IMG/VR virus record: IMGVR_UViG_3300046008_000291
Span: 96,001-160,000 of that record
Length of the DNA stretch: 64,000 bases
DNA from: a virus
Reading direction: 5' to 3' (one strand)
Shown: piece after piece, positions 8,118 through 20,200 of the stretch
How the letters are laid out: the number at the start of each line of letters is the position of its first letter
Numbering within the stretch: position 1 is the first letter of the stretch
Position numbers and translations under genes: made by a program
Notes under the pieces: generated by a model
Told to the model about the DNA's origin: nothing
The model's database searches: none
What the model saw: the letters and a program-made list of their open reading frames with translations, nothing else

Positions 8118-11100
8118 ATGGCACTTACAAAAGCTGAAATAGCTCAGCAAGCTCAACTTAAATTAGTAAATGATTTGTCTGCTGGCACTATAACGCAAGC
8201 ACAATTTCAAGCCGGAATCGCAAAAATAAATGCACAATTGTTAAAAGAACAAGCTCCGACACAAGATACAGTAACAAATAAATTAGCATCTACACCACCT
8301 GCGCCTGCAGGATCAGCAGCGCAGATTAATCAGCAATACACACAATATCAAGTCAAACTAGCAAATGATCTAAAAAGCGGGAAGATAACGCAGACACAAT
8401 TTCAGAACGAATTCGAAAAACTAAGGGCACAACAAAATGCAGCACTATCAAGAGTGCCCGCAGTTTCAAAAACTGAAGATGCAAGAATAGCAAATACGTC
8501 ACCGGCAACCGTTGCTGATGCTACTACATCAACTGCATCAGAAGTTACAAGTGGTGAATCAACAAAAGCAACTACAGCAAATAATAAAAAGAAAAAAGCT
8601 CCTATACCTAATCCGTTACTAGCCTACCCGTCTTATACCTACGGAATAAGTTTAGCATTACTAACAGTTAAAGAATATAATGATATTGTTAGCGATGTTA
8701 AAAATTACCAATCAAATCGCGTTATCATAGCCAGTGCAGGCAGATATAACATCGACGAAGGTGCATCAATGTTTAAACGTGCACCATTCTTTGCTGAAGA
8801 TTTTTACTTTGACAATCTTAATATGACTACGGTAATTGGCCTTAACGATCGTTCACGTTCAACTAATGCAATTAATTTTACATTTACTATTATTGAACCA
8901 TACGGGGTTACCTTATTAAATCGAATTCTTGACCTTAGTGCTGATATTGGTTCGTTGAACTATATAGCACAGCCATATCTATTACAGATTGATTTCTTTG
9001 GCATGAACGACGCTGGTGAGATTGTTGGGATTATCCCCGATCAAACAAAACGTATACCTATTCGTATTTTAAAAATGGATATAAAAGCATCTGCAAAAGG
9101 TGCAGAATATCAAATGGAAGCATGCCCATATAGTCATTCAGCCTATGATCTATCAACAGTTACTACGCCAGCAAACTTTGAAATAACAGCTGGCACGCTT
9201 GAAAGTTTCTTACAAAGCACTGTCGAGGAAACAGCATTTGCTGACGCAAAAAAAGAACGCGAAGGATTAATTGGCAAAAACGGTCAATTTCAACAGGGTG
9301 CCAACGGACTTCTAACAGTCAGGGGAGGAACAGGCGAAGTTGTTCCGTTAACTGCTATAGGAAATGCAAGTGCAGAATCTACTAATTCTATTAGAGGCAA
9401 AGATGCATTCTATAAAGTAAAATCATATGGTGGCGCTATTAGTGCATATTATGCAGATCTCGCCGCTAGAGAAAAAACAACAGTTGCTGACAAATACTAC
9501 TTTAAAGTTCACCCAGACATTATTAAAGATGGTGGCACTCAATTTAATCTTAACATTGAAACATTAAGTACAGCACAAACACCCATGGCCAGCGAAGAAA
9601 ACGGAATGTCTATTAGGGGCACTCCTGGAAATTTGGATCATGGTATGCGGGTATTTGCAATTAATACAGGTACAAGTATAGATCAAGTTATTGCCTTTGC
9701 AATGCGTCATACCAAGTACTTACAAGGACAAGTACAACCAGTTTCAAAATTTAAAGACGATGCAGAATATAAAAAATATCTTGAATCACAGGCCGATGAG
9801 CCGCTGAAATGGTATAAGGTTGTGCCGACCATAAAGTTAGGTGAATATAATATAACACAAGAAACATGGGCTCGTGAAATTACCTATCATATACTTCCGT
9901 ATACAGTATACAATACAAAAACACGTGAAGGACCGCAGGGAACGTGGACTGAACCGTGTAAACTACATAACTATTGGTACACTGGAAAAAACAATGATGT
10001 ACTTGATTTTAATGTTGAATTTAATGCACTGTATTATACTGCCGTTACGGCATATAGAGAAAACTTATCTAAGACACAGAATCTATTAATAGATGAAACT
10101 ACTAATGCAAAAATTACGCCGGAGTCGAGAGATGCTAATGCAGTAATGCCTCAGGGCAAGAAAAAGATTGTACTAAATTCACAACAACAATCAACAGGCG
10201 GCGCTGTAACAGTTGAAGCAATTGCACTAGCTGATATAGAAGCATCATTGTATACAACAGCCGGTGGCGATATGCTTCAGGCAAAATTAAAAATAATTGG
10301 CGACCCACAGTATATTAAACAAGATGATGTTTTTTATCCACCAGAAATGACTGTATTGTCGGATCAAGTTGATGGAACAGGAATAGAACCTCGATTAATT
10401 GCCAATGGTAGTCTACGTATGGACCAAGGTGAAATCTATGTACAGATAACAGTTAAAAGTCCAAGCGATATAGATGAAGCAACCGGGTTGATGAAGTTTG
10501 ATTCTAAATATTCAACGAGTTTATTTTCAGGAATGTATCGCATATTAACTGTTGAAAGCACATTCACCGGCGGAAAATTTGAACAAACATTGGATGTGGT
10601 ACGCTTACCTCGACAAACATCACTTGAACCAAAATATCCCTCAAAAACTGCTAATAAAGAACGTGAAGTTGAAGCAGTAACTCCGGCACCAACCGATGTA
10701 GCCGCGGCTAATGTTGCATCTACTGCAACAACAACCGGTGATGATAAAGCACCGGGTAGTGCACCAGTCGAAGATACTACACCACCAGTGCAAACTGCTG
10801 AAGAAAAGGCGTTAGCCAAAGTTGACGCAACTGCACCAGAGACTGCAATAACTACACAAACAGAACCAGTAGCAATACCGAGCCCAGTTCCACCAAGTGC
10901 AGAGAAATTAGCATTAAAAGCTACATCAGATCAAGCCAGAGCCGCAAGAGATCAGGCACAATCTGCAGCAAATGCTGCGTTAGATGCAGTTGCGCAAATT
11001 GAATCTAGAATTGAGACTATACGTGCTAACCTTGATAGATATCCCGACAGAGTAGCACGGGGAGTATTAACACAAGCCGAAGCTGACCCATTAATTGCTA

Positions 11101-11237
11101 ATAATCAACAATCCTTGGCTCTAGCACAGAATCAGTTAGCAACTGCACAAGCTAAGTATGCACCTTTAGATGCAGCCAATAAAGCCGCACAAACTGCATA
11201 CGTTAACGCATTAGATGCATATACAAGAGCGGCTTAA
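8118..11237 (+). CDS. Baseplate hub protein (gp27/gpD-like) with helical N- and C-terminal extensions
   Basis: Lies between gp53 and gp5. Hub-like segments FTFTIIEPYG, LKIIGDP and SGMYRILTVESTFTGGKFEQTL, with Ala/Gln-rich helical ends. Confidence 0.6.
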   Translation: MALTKAEIAQQAQLKLVNDLSAGTITQAQFQAGIAKINAQLLKEQAPTQDTVTNKLASTPPAPAGSAAQINQQYTQYQVKLANDLKSGKITQTQFQNEFEKLRAQQNAALSRVPAVSKTEDARIANTSPATVADATTSTASEVTSGESTKATTANNKKKKAPIPNPLLAYPSYTYGISLALLTVKEYNDIVSDVKNYQSNRVIIASAGRYNIDEGASMFKRAPFFAEDFYFDNLNMTTVIGLNDRSRSTNAINFTFTIIEPYGVTLLNRILDLSADIGSLNYIAQPYLLQIDFFGMNDAGEIVGIIPDQTKRIPIRILKMDIKASAKGAEYQMEACPYSHSAYDLSTVTTPANFEITAGTLESFLQSTVEETAFADAKKEREGLIGKNGQFQQGANGLLTVRGGTGEVVPLTAIGNASAESTNSIRGKDAFYKVKSYGGAISAYYADLAAREKTTVADKYYFKVHPDIIKDGGTQFNLNIETLSTAQTPMASEENGMSIRGTPGNLDHGMRVFAINTGTSIDQVIAFAMRHTKYLQGQVQPVSKFKDDAEYKKYLESQADEPLKWYKVVPTIKLGEYNITQETWAREITYHILPYTVYNTKTREGPQGTWTEPCKLHNYWYTGKNNDVLDFNVEFNALYYTAVTAYRENLSKTQNLLIDETTNAKITPESRDANAVMPQGKKKIVLNSQQQSTGGAVTVEAIALADIEASLYTTAGGDMLQAKLKIIGDPQYIKQDDVFYPPEMTVLSDQVDGTGIEPRLIANGSLRMDQGEIYVQITVKSPSDIDEATGLMKFDSKYSTSLFSGMYRILTVESTFTGGKFEQTLDVVRLPRQTSLEPKYPSKTANKEREVEAVTPAPTDVAAANVASTATTTGDDKAPGSAPVEDTTPPVQTAEEKALAKVDATAPETAITTQTEPVAIPSPVPPSAEKLALKATSDQARAARDQAQSAANAALDAVAQIESRIETIRANLDRYPDRVARGVLTQAEADPLIANNQQSLALAQNQLATAQAKYAPLDAANKAAQTAYVNALDAYTRAA

Positions 11238-11259
11238 TCAAAAATAAGGAAAGTAATAA

Positions 11260-13398
11260 ATGGCAATAGATCACAGAGTCGGTAGTAAAGTAGTTAAGCA
11301 TCTGCGCAGAGAAGATGCTGCCGCCACTAGAGTTGACCCGCACCCATACATTGGTATTGTTAAAAACAATCTTGACCCAACACGTGCCGGCCGACTACAA
11401 GTATGGGTTCCGGATTTAGGTGGCGACCCAGATGCACCATCAAATTGGCGCACAGTTAGCTATGCTAGTCCGTTTATGGGCACAACTGATATCGCATCAA
11501 AATATGCAAACAAACCCAATAGTGATAATAAATTTGTAAATGTTCCACATACCTACGGTATGTGGATGGTGCCACCTGACATCGGTGTTGAAGTAATCGT
11601 AATATTCATCGCAGGTGACCCGTTACGTGGATATTTTATTGCCTGTGTTAACTCGCATGTCAGTAGACACATGATGCCTGGTTTAGCCAGCAGTAATAAG
11701 ATTGATACATCGGGCGCATCGGCAGATACTAAAAAATCATATCAAAATGGGATTACTGCTCCAGTAGCAGAGTATAACGAAAATGATCTTACAGCTAGAT
11801 CAAATCCAAACTTTATTGACAATCCTAAACCAATACATGAACAACAATATAGTATATTAAAAACACAAGGGTTAGATAGAGATACTGCTCGCGGCACAAT
11901 TACCAGTAGTAGCCAACGTGAGAGCCCCAGTAATGTTTTTGGTATTAGCACACCTGGCCGACCGTATGCAGATGATCCGGCTAATAATCGCGAAGCATAT
12001 CTTGCCAAACAAAAAGCCGGAACCTTAACTGAAGACGATTATCGTTTTTCAACTCGTGTAGGCGGCCACACGTTTGTCATGGATGACGGTGCTGTAACGG
12101 GTGAAAATCAATTAGTAAGATTGCGTACTGCTGGTGGTCATCAGATAATGATGAATGACACTGCGACTGACAATACTTTGTATATCTCGCATAGTGATGG
12201 TACAAGCTGGGTCGAATTAACTAAAGACGGTGCGGTCAATATCTATACAAATAATGGGTTTAATGTAAGAAGTGAAGGGTCTATTAATTTACATTCAGAC
12301 AATAATATAAACCTTAATGCCGCTAATAAAATAAACATGAAATCAGGCAGTAAATTTCAAATTGACTGTGGTAGTTTTAACATGTTGTCTACTGGAGTAG
12401 TTACTGTTGGAGCGAACGGTACTATAGGACTACAAAGTGATTCACCTGTTAACATCGACGCCGCAAGTATATCAATGAAGGCAGCCGGAGATATTGCTCA
12501 CACTGGTGAATTGATAAAACAAAACAGCGGCGGCGCACAGTCAGTTAATAAGCCAAAAGAAATACAAATTAATAATTTGTCGGATGTGGTACTTAATTCA
12601 ACAGTTGGCTTATATACCAGCACCGGTAGTTTATCTTCGATAGTCACAGTTGCTCCTACGCACGAACCATATAGACGAAGTGCGCCATTGCCGTTTGCAG
12701 CGGCAGAATCAATTGGACAACAACCTGCTGAAACATATACAGGTAAGACTGATGCAACTAAAACAGCCGCCGGCATAGGAGTTAAAAATCCAGCCACCGA
12801 AGTTGATCTACGAAATCAACCTACCACTGACTGTTCAATTGGCGGTCTAACTTCTGCACAAATGACAGCGTACTATGCAGTTATAGGTAAAAGCGAAAGC
12901 GGATCTCCCGGACGTGGTGGACAAGCAAACGGTGAAAGCGGATATCGATGTATCAATAGTATCGGGTTCGTGGGGAAATATCAATTTGGATATCCTGCAT
13001 TACAGGATGCCAAACATGTTAAAATGTCCTGCGGTAGTAATGCACAGTTACGCAACCCAAATAACTGGATTGGCAAAGACGGCATTGATAGCTTAGAAAA
13101 ATTCCTAAACAGTCCAGCCATACAAGAAGCTGAGATGTGTGCTTATACCAAACGCAACTACAAAACATTATGTAATATTGGTACTGTGACTAAAGATACT
13201 CCTCTCGAAGATGTAGCGGGATTATTAGCAGTAAGTCACCTACTAGGCGCTGGCGGTGCTAAACAATGGCGCGGCGGTAGTGGTAAAACAGATGCTTTTG
13301 GTACTACCGGCGACAATTATTTTGCCAAAGGCAAATATGCTGTTGCAGTACTAGGACCAAAAATGGCCACACTAGATCAACCAATTAAATCCACATAA
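11260..13398 (+). CDS. gp5: Baseplate central spike (gp5/VgrG-like) with C-terminal lysozyme-like domain
   Basis: OB-fold IGIVKNNLDPTRAGRLQVWVPDL; beta-helix GGHTFVMDDG...RTAGGHQIMMND; C-terminal KSESG...NSIGFVGKYQFG muramidase-like motif. Followed by gp25. Confidence 0.82.
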   Translation: MAIDHRVGSKVVKHLRREDAAATRVDPHPYIGIVKNNLDPTRAGRLQVWVPDLGGDPDAPSNWRTVSYASPFMGTTDIASKYANKPNSDNKFVNVPHTYGMWMVPPDIGVEVIVIFIAGDPLRGYFIACVNSHVSRHMMPGLASSNKIDTSGASADTKKSYQNGITAPVAEYNENDLTARSNPNFIDNPKPIHEQQYSILKTQGLDRDTARGTITSSSQRESPSNVFGISTPGRPYADDPANNREAYLAKQKAGTLTEDDYRFSTRVGGHTFVMDDGAVTGENQLVRLRTAGGHQIMMNDTATDNTLYISHSDGTSWVELTKDGAVNIYTNNGFNVRSEGSINLHSDNNINLNAANKINMKSGSKFQIDCGSFNMLSTGVVTVGANGTIGLQSDSPVNIDAASISMKAAGDIAHTGELIKQNSGGAQSVNKPKEIQINNLSDVVLNSTVGLYTSTGSLSSIVTVAPTHEPYRRSAPLPFAAAESIGQQPAETYTGKTDATKTAAGIGVKNPATEVDLRNQPTTDCSIGGLTSAQMTAYYAVIGKSESGSPGRGGQANGESGYRCINSIGFVGKYQFGYPALQDAKHVKMSCGSNAQLRNPNNWIGKDGIDSLEKFLNSPAIQEAEMCAYTKRNYKTLCNIGTVTKDTPLEDVAGLLAVSHLLGAGGAKQWRGGSGKTDAFGTTGDNYFAKGKYAVAVLGPKMATLDQPIKST

Positions 13399-13405
13399 CC
13401 CTAGG

Positions 13406-13412
13406 ATAAATA
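13406..13412 (+). promoter_or_regulatory. T4-type late promoter (ATAAATA)
   Basis: ATAAATA ending 5 nt before the gp25 ATG. Confidence 0.6.
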
Positions 13413-13417
13413 TTATT

Positions 13418-13795
13418 ATGGCTATTTTATATAAAGGTTTCTCAACAGTAGGCAGAAATAAAAAGTTTCGTCTAACTGACTTTGAGTTAATTAAACAAGA
13501 TTTAATCAATCACTTTCAAATCCGCAAAGGTGAGAAGCTGATGAATCCTAATTTTGGCACTATTATATGGAACGTCTTATATGATCCGTTTACTCCTGAA
13601 CTTAAAAGTGCTATCATAGCCGACATTAAAGCAATTGCTGCCTATGACCCACGTGTGTCGATCGATAATGTTATTGTTACTGAGTATGAAACAGGCATTC
13701 AAATCGAACTTGAACTACGCTATCTACAGACAAATCAAACAAATCTAATGAATCTAAGATTCAACAATCAAAGCAGAACACTTACCGCAAACTAA
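13418..13795 (+). CDS. gp25: Baseplate wedge subunit (GPW/gp25 family)
   Basis: LIKQDLINHFQIRKGEKLMNPNFGTIIWNVLYDP...YDPRV is a typical gp25 signature; 125 aa. Confidence 0.92.
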   Translation: MAILYKGFSTVGRNKKFRLTDFELIKQDLINHFQIRKGEKLMNPNFGTIIWNVLYDPFTPELKSAIIADIKAIAAYDPRVSIDNVIVTEYETGIQIELELRYLQTNQTNLMNLRFNNQSRTLTAN

Positions 13796-13819
13796 TAAAC
13801 TACGTACTTTTTTCCTTAA

Positions 13820-13826
13820 ATAAATA
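13820..13826 (+). promoter_or_regulatory. T4-type late promoter (ATAAATA)
   Basis: ATAAATA 20 nt before the gp6 ATG, followed by an AGGA SD. Confidence 0.6.
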
Positions 13827-13846
13827 CATTATAACAGGAAATTAGT

Positions 13847-16800
13847 ATGGCTATTACCACAAGACAAACCGGTTTATTAGTTGCTGAAGATTGGACTCGC
13901 GTCTATCAAACTTTCCGCAATGCAGACTTCCAAAGCTACGATTATGAAACACTTCGTAAGTCGATGATTGATTATTTGCGCTTATACTATCCGGAAGATT
14001 TCAATGACTTTATTGAATCAAGTGAGTTCATTGCTCTAATAGATTTAATTGCATTCTTAGGACAAAGTCTAGCATTCCGCGGCGATTTAAATGCTCGTGA
14101 AAACTTTATGGACACTGCACAACGTCGTGACAGTATTCTTAAACTTGCTAAACTAATTTCTTATAATCCTAAACGTAATATTCCTGCTAGCGGACTTTTA
14201 AAAGTTGACAGTGTAAGTACAACTGAAACTGTCTACGACAGTAACGGTATTAATTTATCCGGTTTAGTAATTTCGTGGGCAGACTCAGCCAATGACAATT
14301 GGTACGAGCAATTTACCGCGGTGATCAATGCAGGATTAATGTCAGCTCAATCTATAGGTAAACCTAGCAACAGTCAATTGATTAATGGTATAATCAATGA
14401 CGAATATCAGATAAATTTAGTATCAAGCATCATTGCAACCTACAGTTTTACAACTAAAATTGAAGGCACAACTACTAAGTTTGAAATGACTAGCCCAACA
14501 AGTGCCGGTAAAACTTATATATACGAAAGTGCACCTCGTCAAAATCAACCATTTAATTTACTTTACAAAAATGATAACTTGGGCAATACCAGTGCAAATA
14601 CTGGATTCTTTACCTACTTCAAACAGGGCGAATTAAAATCACTTGATTTTACATTCCAAGAAAGTACACCAAATCGTGTGTATAGTGTCAATGTTGACAA
14701 TATCAATAACACTGATATATGGTTATACAGTTTAAATGCACAGGGCTTGCCAAATGCCTTATGGACACAGGTTCCAGCAGTAAACAACACCAATGTTATC
14801 TATAATAAAAGTACTAATAAATCTATATTCCAAGTCAACACTAGAGCCAGTGATCAAATTGATCTAGTATTTGGTGATGGTGCCTTTGCTAACATTCCAC
14901 AGGGCAATTATAGACTGTACTACCGTGTGAGTAATGGTGCTGATTATAAAATCACCCCAGATGAAATGCAGGGAATAGTTGTACCAGTTAATTATACAAG
15001 CCGTAGTGGCAGAGTTGAAACCTTGACTATTCGTGCTAGCCTGCGCTACACTGTGGCTAATGCTAGCTCACGTGAATCGCTGGAAGAAATACGTCAGAAA
15101 GCACCTCAACAATACTATACACAAGATCGTATGGTAACAGGCGAAGATTACAACATCTTACCTTACACATTGTTCAGTAACATACTTAAAGTTAAAGCAG
15201 TTAACCGTACAAGTTCTGGTATTAGTCGTTACTTAGATGTTATTGATACAACTGGAAAATATTCAAGTACTAACATCTTTGCAGATGACGGTGTATTATA
15301 TCGTGATCCGTTTGTAGGTACGTTTTCCTTTGATTATAACACAAAGAATGATATTTACAAAGCAATCTATAACAAAGTGAAACCCGTGGCGTCAGCACAA
15401 GAAACACTACATTTTTTCTATAGTAAATATCCTACTATCGTTATCAGTGACACACAGTGGCATTATTCAACAACAGTGGCCAACGGATCGACTGGTTATC
15501 TAGTTAATGCATCAGACATCATATTACAAGTTGGTGATGTAGTTGCTAATAATAACAAATACATAAAACAAAGTTCTATAATTAAATTCTCAGCAGGCAC
15601 TGGCAACTATTTTGATTCACGAAATACTATTGTATATAATGATACTCCGAGCAAGCCAGGCGACAAATATTTTATATATGCATCAGTTCAACAGATTGTT
15701 GGTGATGGAACCAATGGGGGCCTGGGTAATTTAGCCAATGGCTCTGGTCCGATTATCCTGGGCGAACAAGTGCCCGATGGTGCTATAGCTGTTGCAGTAT
15801 ATGCGGTGTTAAATACTGAATTTTCAACTGCGCTAGTGGATAGCATAGTAGGTTATGTACAGTCATATCAAGATTTTGGTCTGCGTTATGATATTGACAC
15901 TACATCATGGAAATTAATATTACCTAGTAATTTAAACACAGGTGATTTTAGTCTAACTGATGCAGGAAATACCAGTGGCGCCGCTTTAGATGCTAGTTGG
16001 TTGATCCGTTTTAAAACAGTAGGACAAACTTACACTGTGCTATATCGTGGACTTAATTATGTATTTGAAAGTGTAAAAGAAACTAATTTCTACTTTGACA
16101 ATACAGTTAAAGTGTTTGACCCTAAAACAGGTCTTACTGTACATGATAACATTAAAGTATTAAAGGTAAACGCCAATCCCGATGATTCAAATCCTCTAGC
16201 ATTGGATTATACATGGTACATTTATAAAAATATTATTGAAGTTGATGGTTACGAAAATCCTAATAAAATATTAGTTACGTTTTCTGATATAGATACCAAT
16301 GGTATATTAGATAATCCAGAATTGTTTGAATTAATTGTTAGCCCGGATGTTGATAGCAATAGCAAATATGTATACTTTCAAGCAACCTATGGATATGATA
16401 ATTTTGTTACACAAACGCTTGTCAGCAACGATCTTATCAATTCCTCTTATGCAACCCTGATAGCAGCGCAGGCAGTTAGTCAAACTTGGCCTATTGGACA
16501 ATTATTTTATATTGCAGCTGAGAATAAATTTTATCAGTCTGATGCAACCTACGTATTATCTGAGGTAACCGGATATACTGCTAAAGTTGGTCGTCAAGAT
16601 ATATATTTCCAATATCGTCATAATAGCCCTAACTATCGTCGTATCGATCCAAGCCCAAATAATATTATTGACTTGTATCTATTAACAAAACAATACGCCA
16701 CTGATTATACTGCATGGATACAGGATACTACAGGTGTAGTCGCTGAGCCAACGGCTCCAACCGTTGATGCATTGAGTACAGAGTTTAGTAGTTTGGAAAA

Positions 16801-17224
16801 TTATAAAAATTTAACAGATACTATCATTTATAACCCTGCTAAATTTAAACCAATATTTGGCGCCAAAGCAGCAATTTCATTACAGGCAACATTTAAAGTG
16901 GTAAAAAATACAAGTATAGTGGTCAGTGATAATGATATTAAAACTAAAGTCATTGATGCAATTAACAGTTACTTTGATGTAGCTAACTGGGACTTTGGTG
17001 AAACATTCTACTTCAGTGAATTGAGTGCGTACCTGCATAGTGTGCTTGCACCTAATATTGCAAGTATCACTATTGTTCCATCGAGTGAAACTGGCACATT
17101 CGGTAGCCTACTACAAATCAATGCAAACTATAATGAAATTATTGTAAGTGCTGCAACTGTGGACAATGTACAGATTATTAGTGCAATCACCGCAGCGCAA
17201 ATCAACCAAACTGTATTGGCTTAA
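13847..17224 (+). CDS. gp6: Baseplate wedge protein (T4 gp6-like), enlarged
   Basis: DFQSYDYETLRKSMIDYL...FIESSEFIALIDLIAF...ENFMDTAQRRDSILKLAKLISYNPKR; FGDG; ESLEEIRQKAPQQYYTQDRMVTGEDY; C-terminal YFDVANWDFGETFYFSEL. Confidence 0.9.
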   Translation: MAITTRQTGLLVAEDWTRVYQTFRNADFQSYDYETLRKSMIDYLRLYYPEDFNDFIESSEFIALIDLIAFLGQSLAFRGDLNARENFMDTAQRRDSILKLAKLISYNPKRNIPASGLLKVDSVSTTETVYDSNGINLSGLVISWADSANDNWYEQFTAVINAGLMSAQSIGKPSNSQLINGIINDEYQINLVSSIIATYSFTTKIEGTTTKFEMTSPTSAGKTYIYESAPRQNQPFNLLYKNDNLGNTSANTGFFTYFKQGELKSLDFTFQESTPNRVYSVNVDNINNTDIWLYSLNAQGLPNALWTQVPAVNNTNVIYNKSTNKSIFQVNTRASDQIDLVFGDGAFANIPQGNYRLYYRVSNGADYKITPDEMQGIVVPVNYTSRSGRVETLTIRASLRYTVANASSRESLEEIRQKAPQQYYTQDRMVTGEDYNILPYTLFSNILKVKAVNRTSSGISRYLDVIDTTGKYSSTNIFADDGVLYRDPFVGTFSFDYNTKNDIYKAIYNKVKPVASAQETLHFFYSKYPTIVISDTQWHYSTTVANGSTGYLVNASDIILQVGDVVANNNKYIKQSSIIKFSAGTGNYFDSRNTIVYNDTPSKPGDKYFIYASVQQIVGDGTNGGLGNLANGSGPIILGEQVPDGAIAVAVYAVLNTEFSTALVDSIVGYVQSYQDFGLRYDIDTTSWKLILPSNLNTGDFSLTDAGNTSGAALDASWLIRFKTVGQTYTVLYRGLNYVFESVKETNFYFDNTVKVFDPKTGLTVHDNIKVLKVNANPDDSNPLALDYTWYIYKNIIEVDGYENPNKILVTFSDIDTNGILDNPELFELIVSPDVDSNSKYVYFQATYGYDNFVTQTLVSNDLINSSYATLIAAQAVSQTWPIGQLFYIAAENKFYQSDATYVLSEVTGYTAKVGRQDIYFQYRHNSPNYRRIDPSPNNIIDLYLLTKQYATDYTAWIQDTTGVVAEPTAPTVDALSTEFSSLENYKNLTDTIIYNPAKFKPIFGAKAAISLQATFKVVKNTSIVVSDNDIKTKVIDAINSYFDVANWDFGETFYFSELSAYLHSVLAPNIASITIVPSSETGTFGSLLQINANYNEIIVSAATVDNVQIISAITAAQINQTVLA

Positions 17225-17227
17225 ATA
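17221..17227 (+). promoter_or_regulatory. Possible late promoter (TTAAATA) overlapping the gp6 stop
   Basis: One mismatch to ATAAATA; 27 nt before the giant gene ATG. Confidence 0.4.
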
Positions 17228-17254
17228 CTATATAACACTTGAGATTATAACGAC

Positions 17255-20200
17255 ATGGCGACAAAAAAGACTTCAAATTTTCTTCCTACCATATTTCAAA
17301 CCGATACTAACAATAAGTTTTTGTCGGCAACAATGGATCAGTTAGTAACTGAGCCAAATTTAAGAAATATACACGGCTATATCGGAAGAACATTTGCTCC
17401 AACTTATAAAAGTAAAGACAGCTATGTAATCGAAAATTCAGCTGAAAGACAAAAGTATCAACTTGAACCAGGTATTGTTGTTCGCAATGATCGACAAGAA
17501 ATTACATTTTTTGCCAGTTATACTGATCTGTTAAACAAAATTGAATATTATGGTGGGCTAACTGCAAACCATGATAGATTATTTGACGACGAATATTATA
17601 GCTTTGACCCACAAATATCATTTGATAAATTTATTAATTTTAGTCAATACTACTGGCTTGCAGATGGTCCAAACGCTGTTGATGTTAACACCAGCGGAGT
17701 TGATTTAGAAAAAACCTATAATGTTGTTCGTAATGTAAGTTCGTCTCGTTACGAGTTTACATCTACTAGCCCGACAAAAAATACTCTTACTCTAGCACGT
17801 GGTGGCCGATACACATTTGAAGTTGATCAATTGGGTAATCAATTCTGGATACAAACTGAATTAGGTGTAGATGGTCTAGTAAATGCAACTCCGACAGTTA
17901 GTACACGTGATGTATTCGGAGTTATTAACAACGGTGCAGACTCGGGTACAATTACATTTAATGTGCCGCAGGCAAGTGCCCAAGACAGATATGTGTTAAT
18001 GAATGTAGTGGCCAACGTAGAGTACGCAGTGCCTCTTGCCTATGCTGATATACAAAATCATACTGTTAGTCAATTCCTTGCTGCGTTTCCAGGCTATGCA
18101 GGTGTTGCTACTCAACTCAACGGTAAAACTGCAATATTCATTGATCAAAATTTATTAACAAACCGTGGTGAAGAAGCATGGACTGTACCTAATGTTTACG
18201 ATGGCAACGGTGATATTGTGTCTGGCTATAATGCCGGCGAGGTAATACCCGAGGCACAACGTTACGGAGTTTGGCGTGTACAATTTGCAGACAGTGGTGA
18301 TATCAACGATCCATTAATTCGATTGGCCTGTGTACAAGATGTACAAATCAACGAAAAGGTCTATATCAGATCTGGTGTAGTTAATGCCAATAAAGAATTC
18401 TTTAAAGATTATGATGGATTTTTTCATGTTGTTCCTGTGATATCAAGTATACAAGATACTTTGTACTTTCAAGATGGTAACAATCCGTCTATCTATGGTA
18501 CAATTAAACTAGTTGATATCGCTGGCTGGTCTATAGATGTTGAAAATGATATTTTAGGAAAAACTACATACACCAGTCCCAATGGAGTGGTATTTACTAG
18601 CGGATTGAAAATAAGATTTGGTACTGATGCTATCCCAGCAACATATCAGGATAAGGAATATTATGTAGAAGGAGTAGGGTCTGCTACAGGCATACAATTA
18701 GTTGATACAACATTATTAGTTACACCTGAACCCTACAATGATGAGATTATCACTAATTATCCATTGAATAGAATTAGTTTAAGTGCAGTTACTACAGATG
18801 TAATCCCTGCAGGTACTGTTATTAACATTGGCACTATTGAAGTTGAAGTATATTATGAAGTTACAGTTGGATCTTTGTACATTGTTACATTGAGCGATGT
18901 ATCTTCAATAGTAAATGGATCGGCTATAACTGGAACAGGCATTGCCAGCGGAACATCAGTAATCAATACACGTCGAGACACTGTGTATCCAGAATATATT
19001 ACCATTAACAGAGCTAGTGTAGATTTAAATGCATGGTCGAGAAATAATCGATGGTTCCATCGAGATATAATCACTGCCACTGCTACCTATAACAATGAAC
19101 AATATATATTTGACCAAGACCTTCGCGCACGTCGTCCAATTGTACAGTTTGAATCAGACCTGCAATTGTTCAATTACGGCAGGATTGGAAAAGCACCAGT
19201 TGATATATTAGATACTACAACACAAGATGCATTTAATAATTTGAATGGACAGGTATTTTCTGTAGCGTTTGGAGTCACATTATTTGATGGCATGCGAGTT
19301 ATATTTGCCAACGATGTTGATCCGTTGGTTCGTAATAAAATTTTTGTACTTAATTTAGTGCAAACTGCAATTGATGGTGAAGGATTATTAACTGGGCCCA
19401 AATATATAAATTTAAATCCAGCTGCCGATGGTGCAGTTGAAACTTACGATTCTGTAGTTATAACTGATGGTGTTTACAAAGGCACTCAGTGGTGGTACAA
19501 TGGTGATACTTGGATAGCTAGTCAGCAAAAAACTAGCCTACAACAAGATCCGTTATTTGACATGTACGATAGTGCTGAACAGAGTTTTTCGCTTTATCCG
19601 TTGAGTACGTTTACCGGCACACGATTATTTGGCTACAACAGATCAAGTACCGGCACTATTTCTGATTCAGTATTGGCCTTTCCGCTGACTTACACATCAT
19701 TCCAAACTCAGGGAAATATTGAATTCATCAATTACTTTGATACTGATACGTTTAGTTATGTAGCTAATCAAACTCAACTTACTGAACGAATTGCCACAGG
19801 GTTCCTACATCAAATAGTAGATAGATACACATCACTACCAAAAAATAATTGGAATACAGTTACTGAAAAAAATAATCAATATCAATTGATTACCTATGTA
19901 TACGATGGTATTAATAGTCCATTTAAAATTGATGTCACTGTACCAGATGCAGTTACGATACCATATGTTAAAGTTTATAAAAATAATGTATTCTTAAAAA
20001 CATCTCAATGGACTTTAACAAATGGAGCATTGACATTATCCACTGCACCTACTATAGGTGATAAGATCGACATTCTAGTCTATAGTAATGAAGTAAGTGC
20101 GCTTGGGCAATACCAGATACCAAAAAATCTAGAGCTCAATGCACAAAATACTGATTTATCAACATTGACATTGGGTCAAATCAGAAATCACCTAGTGGAA

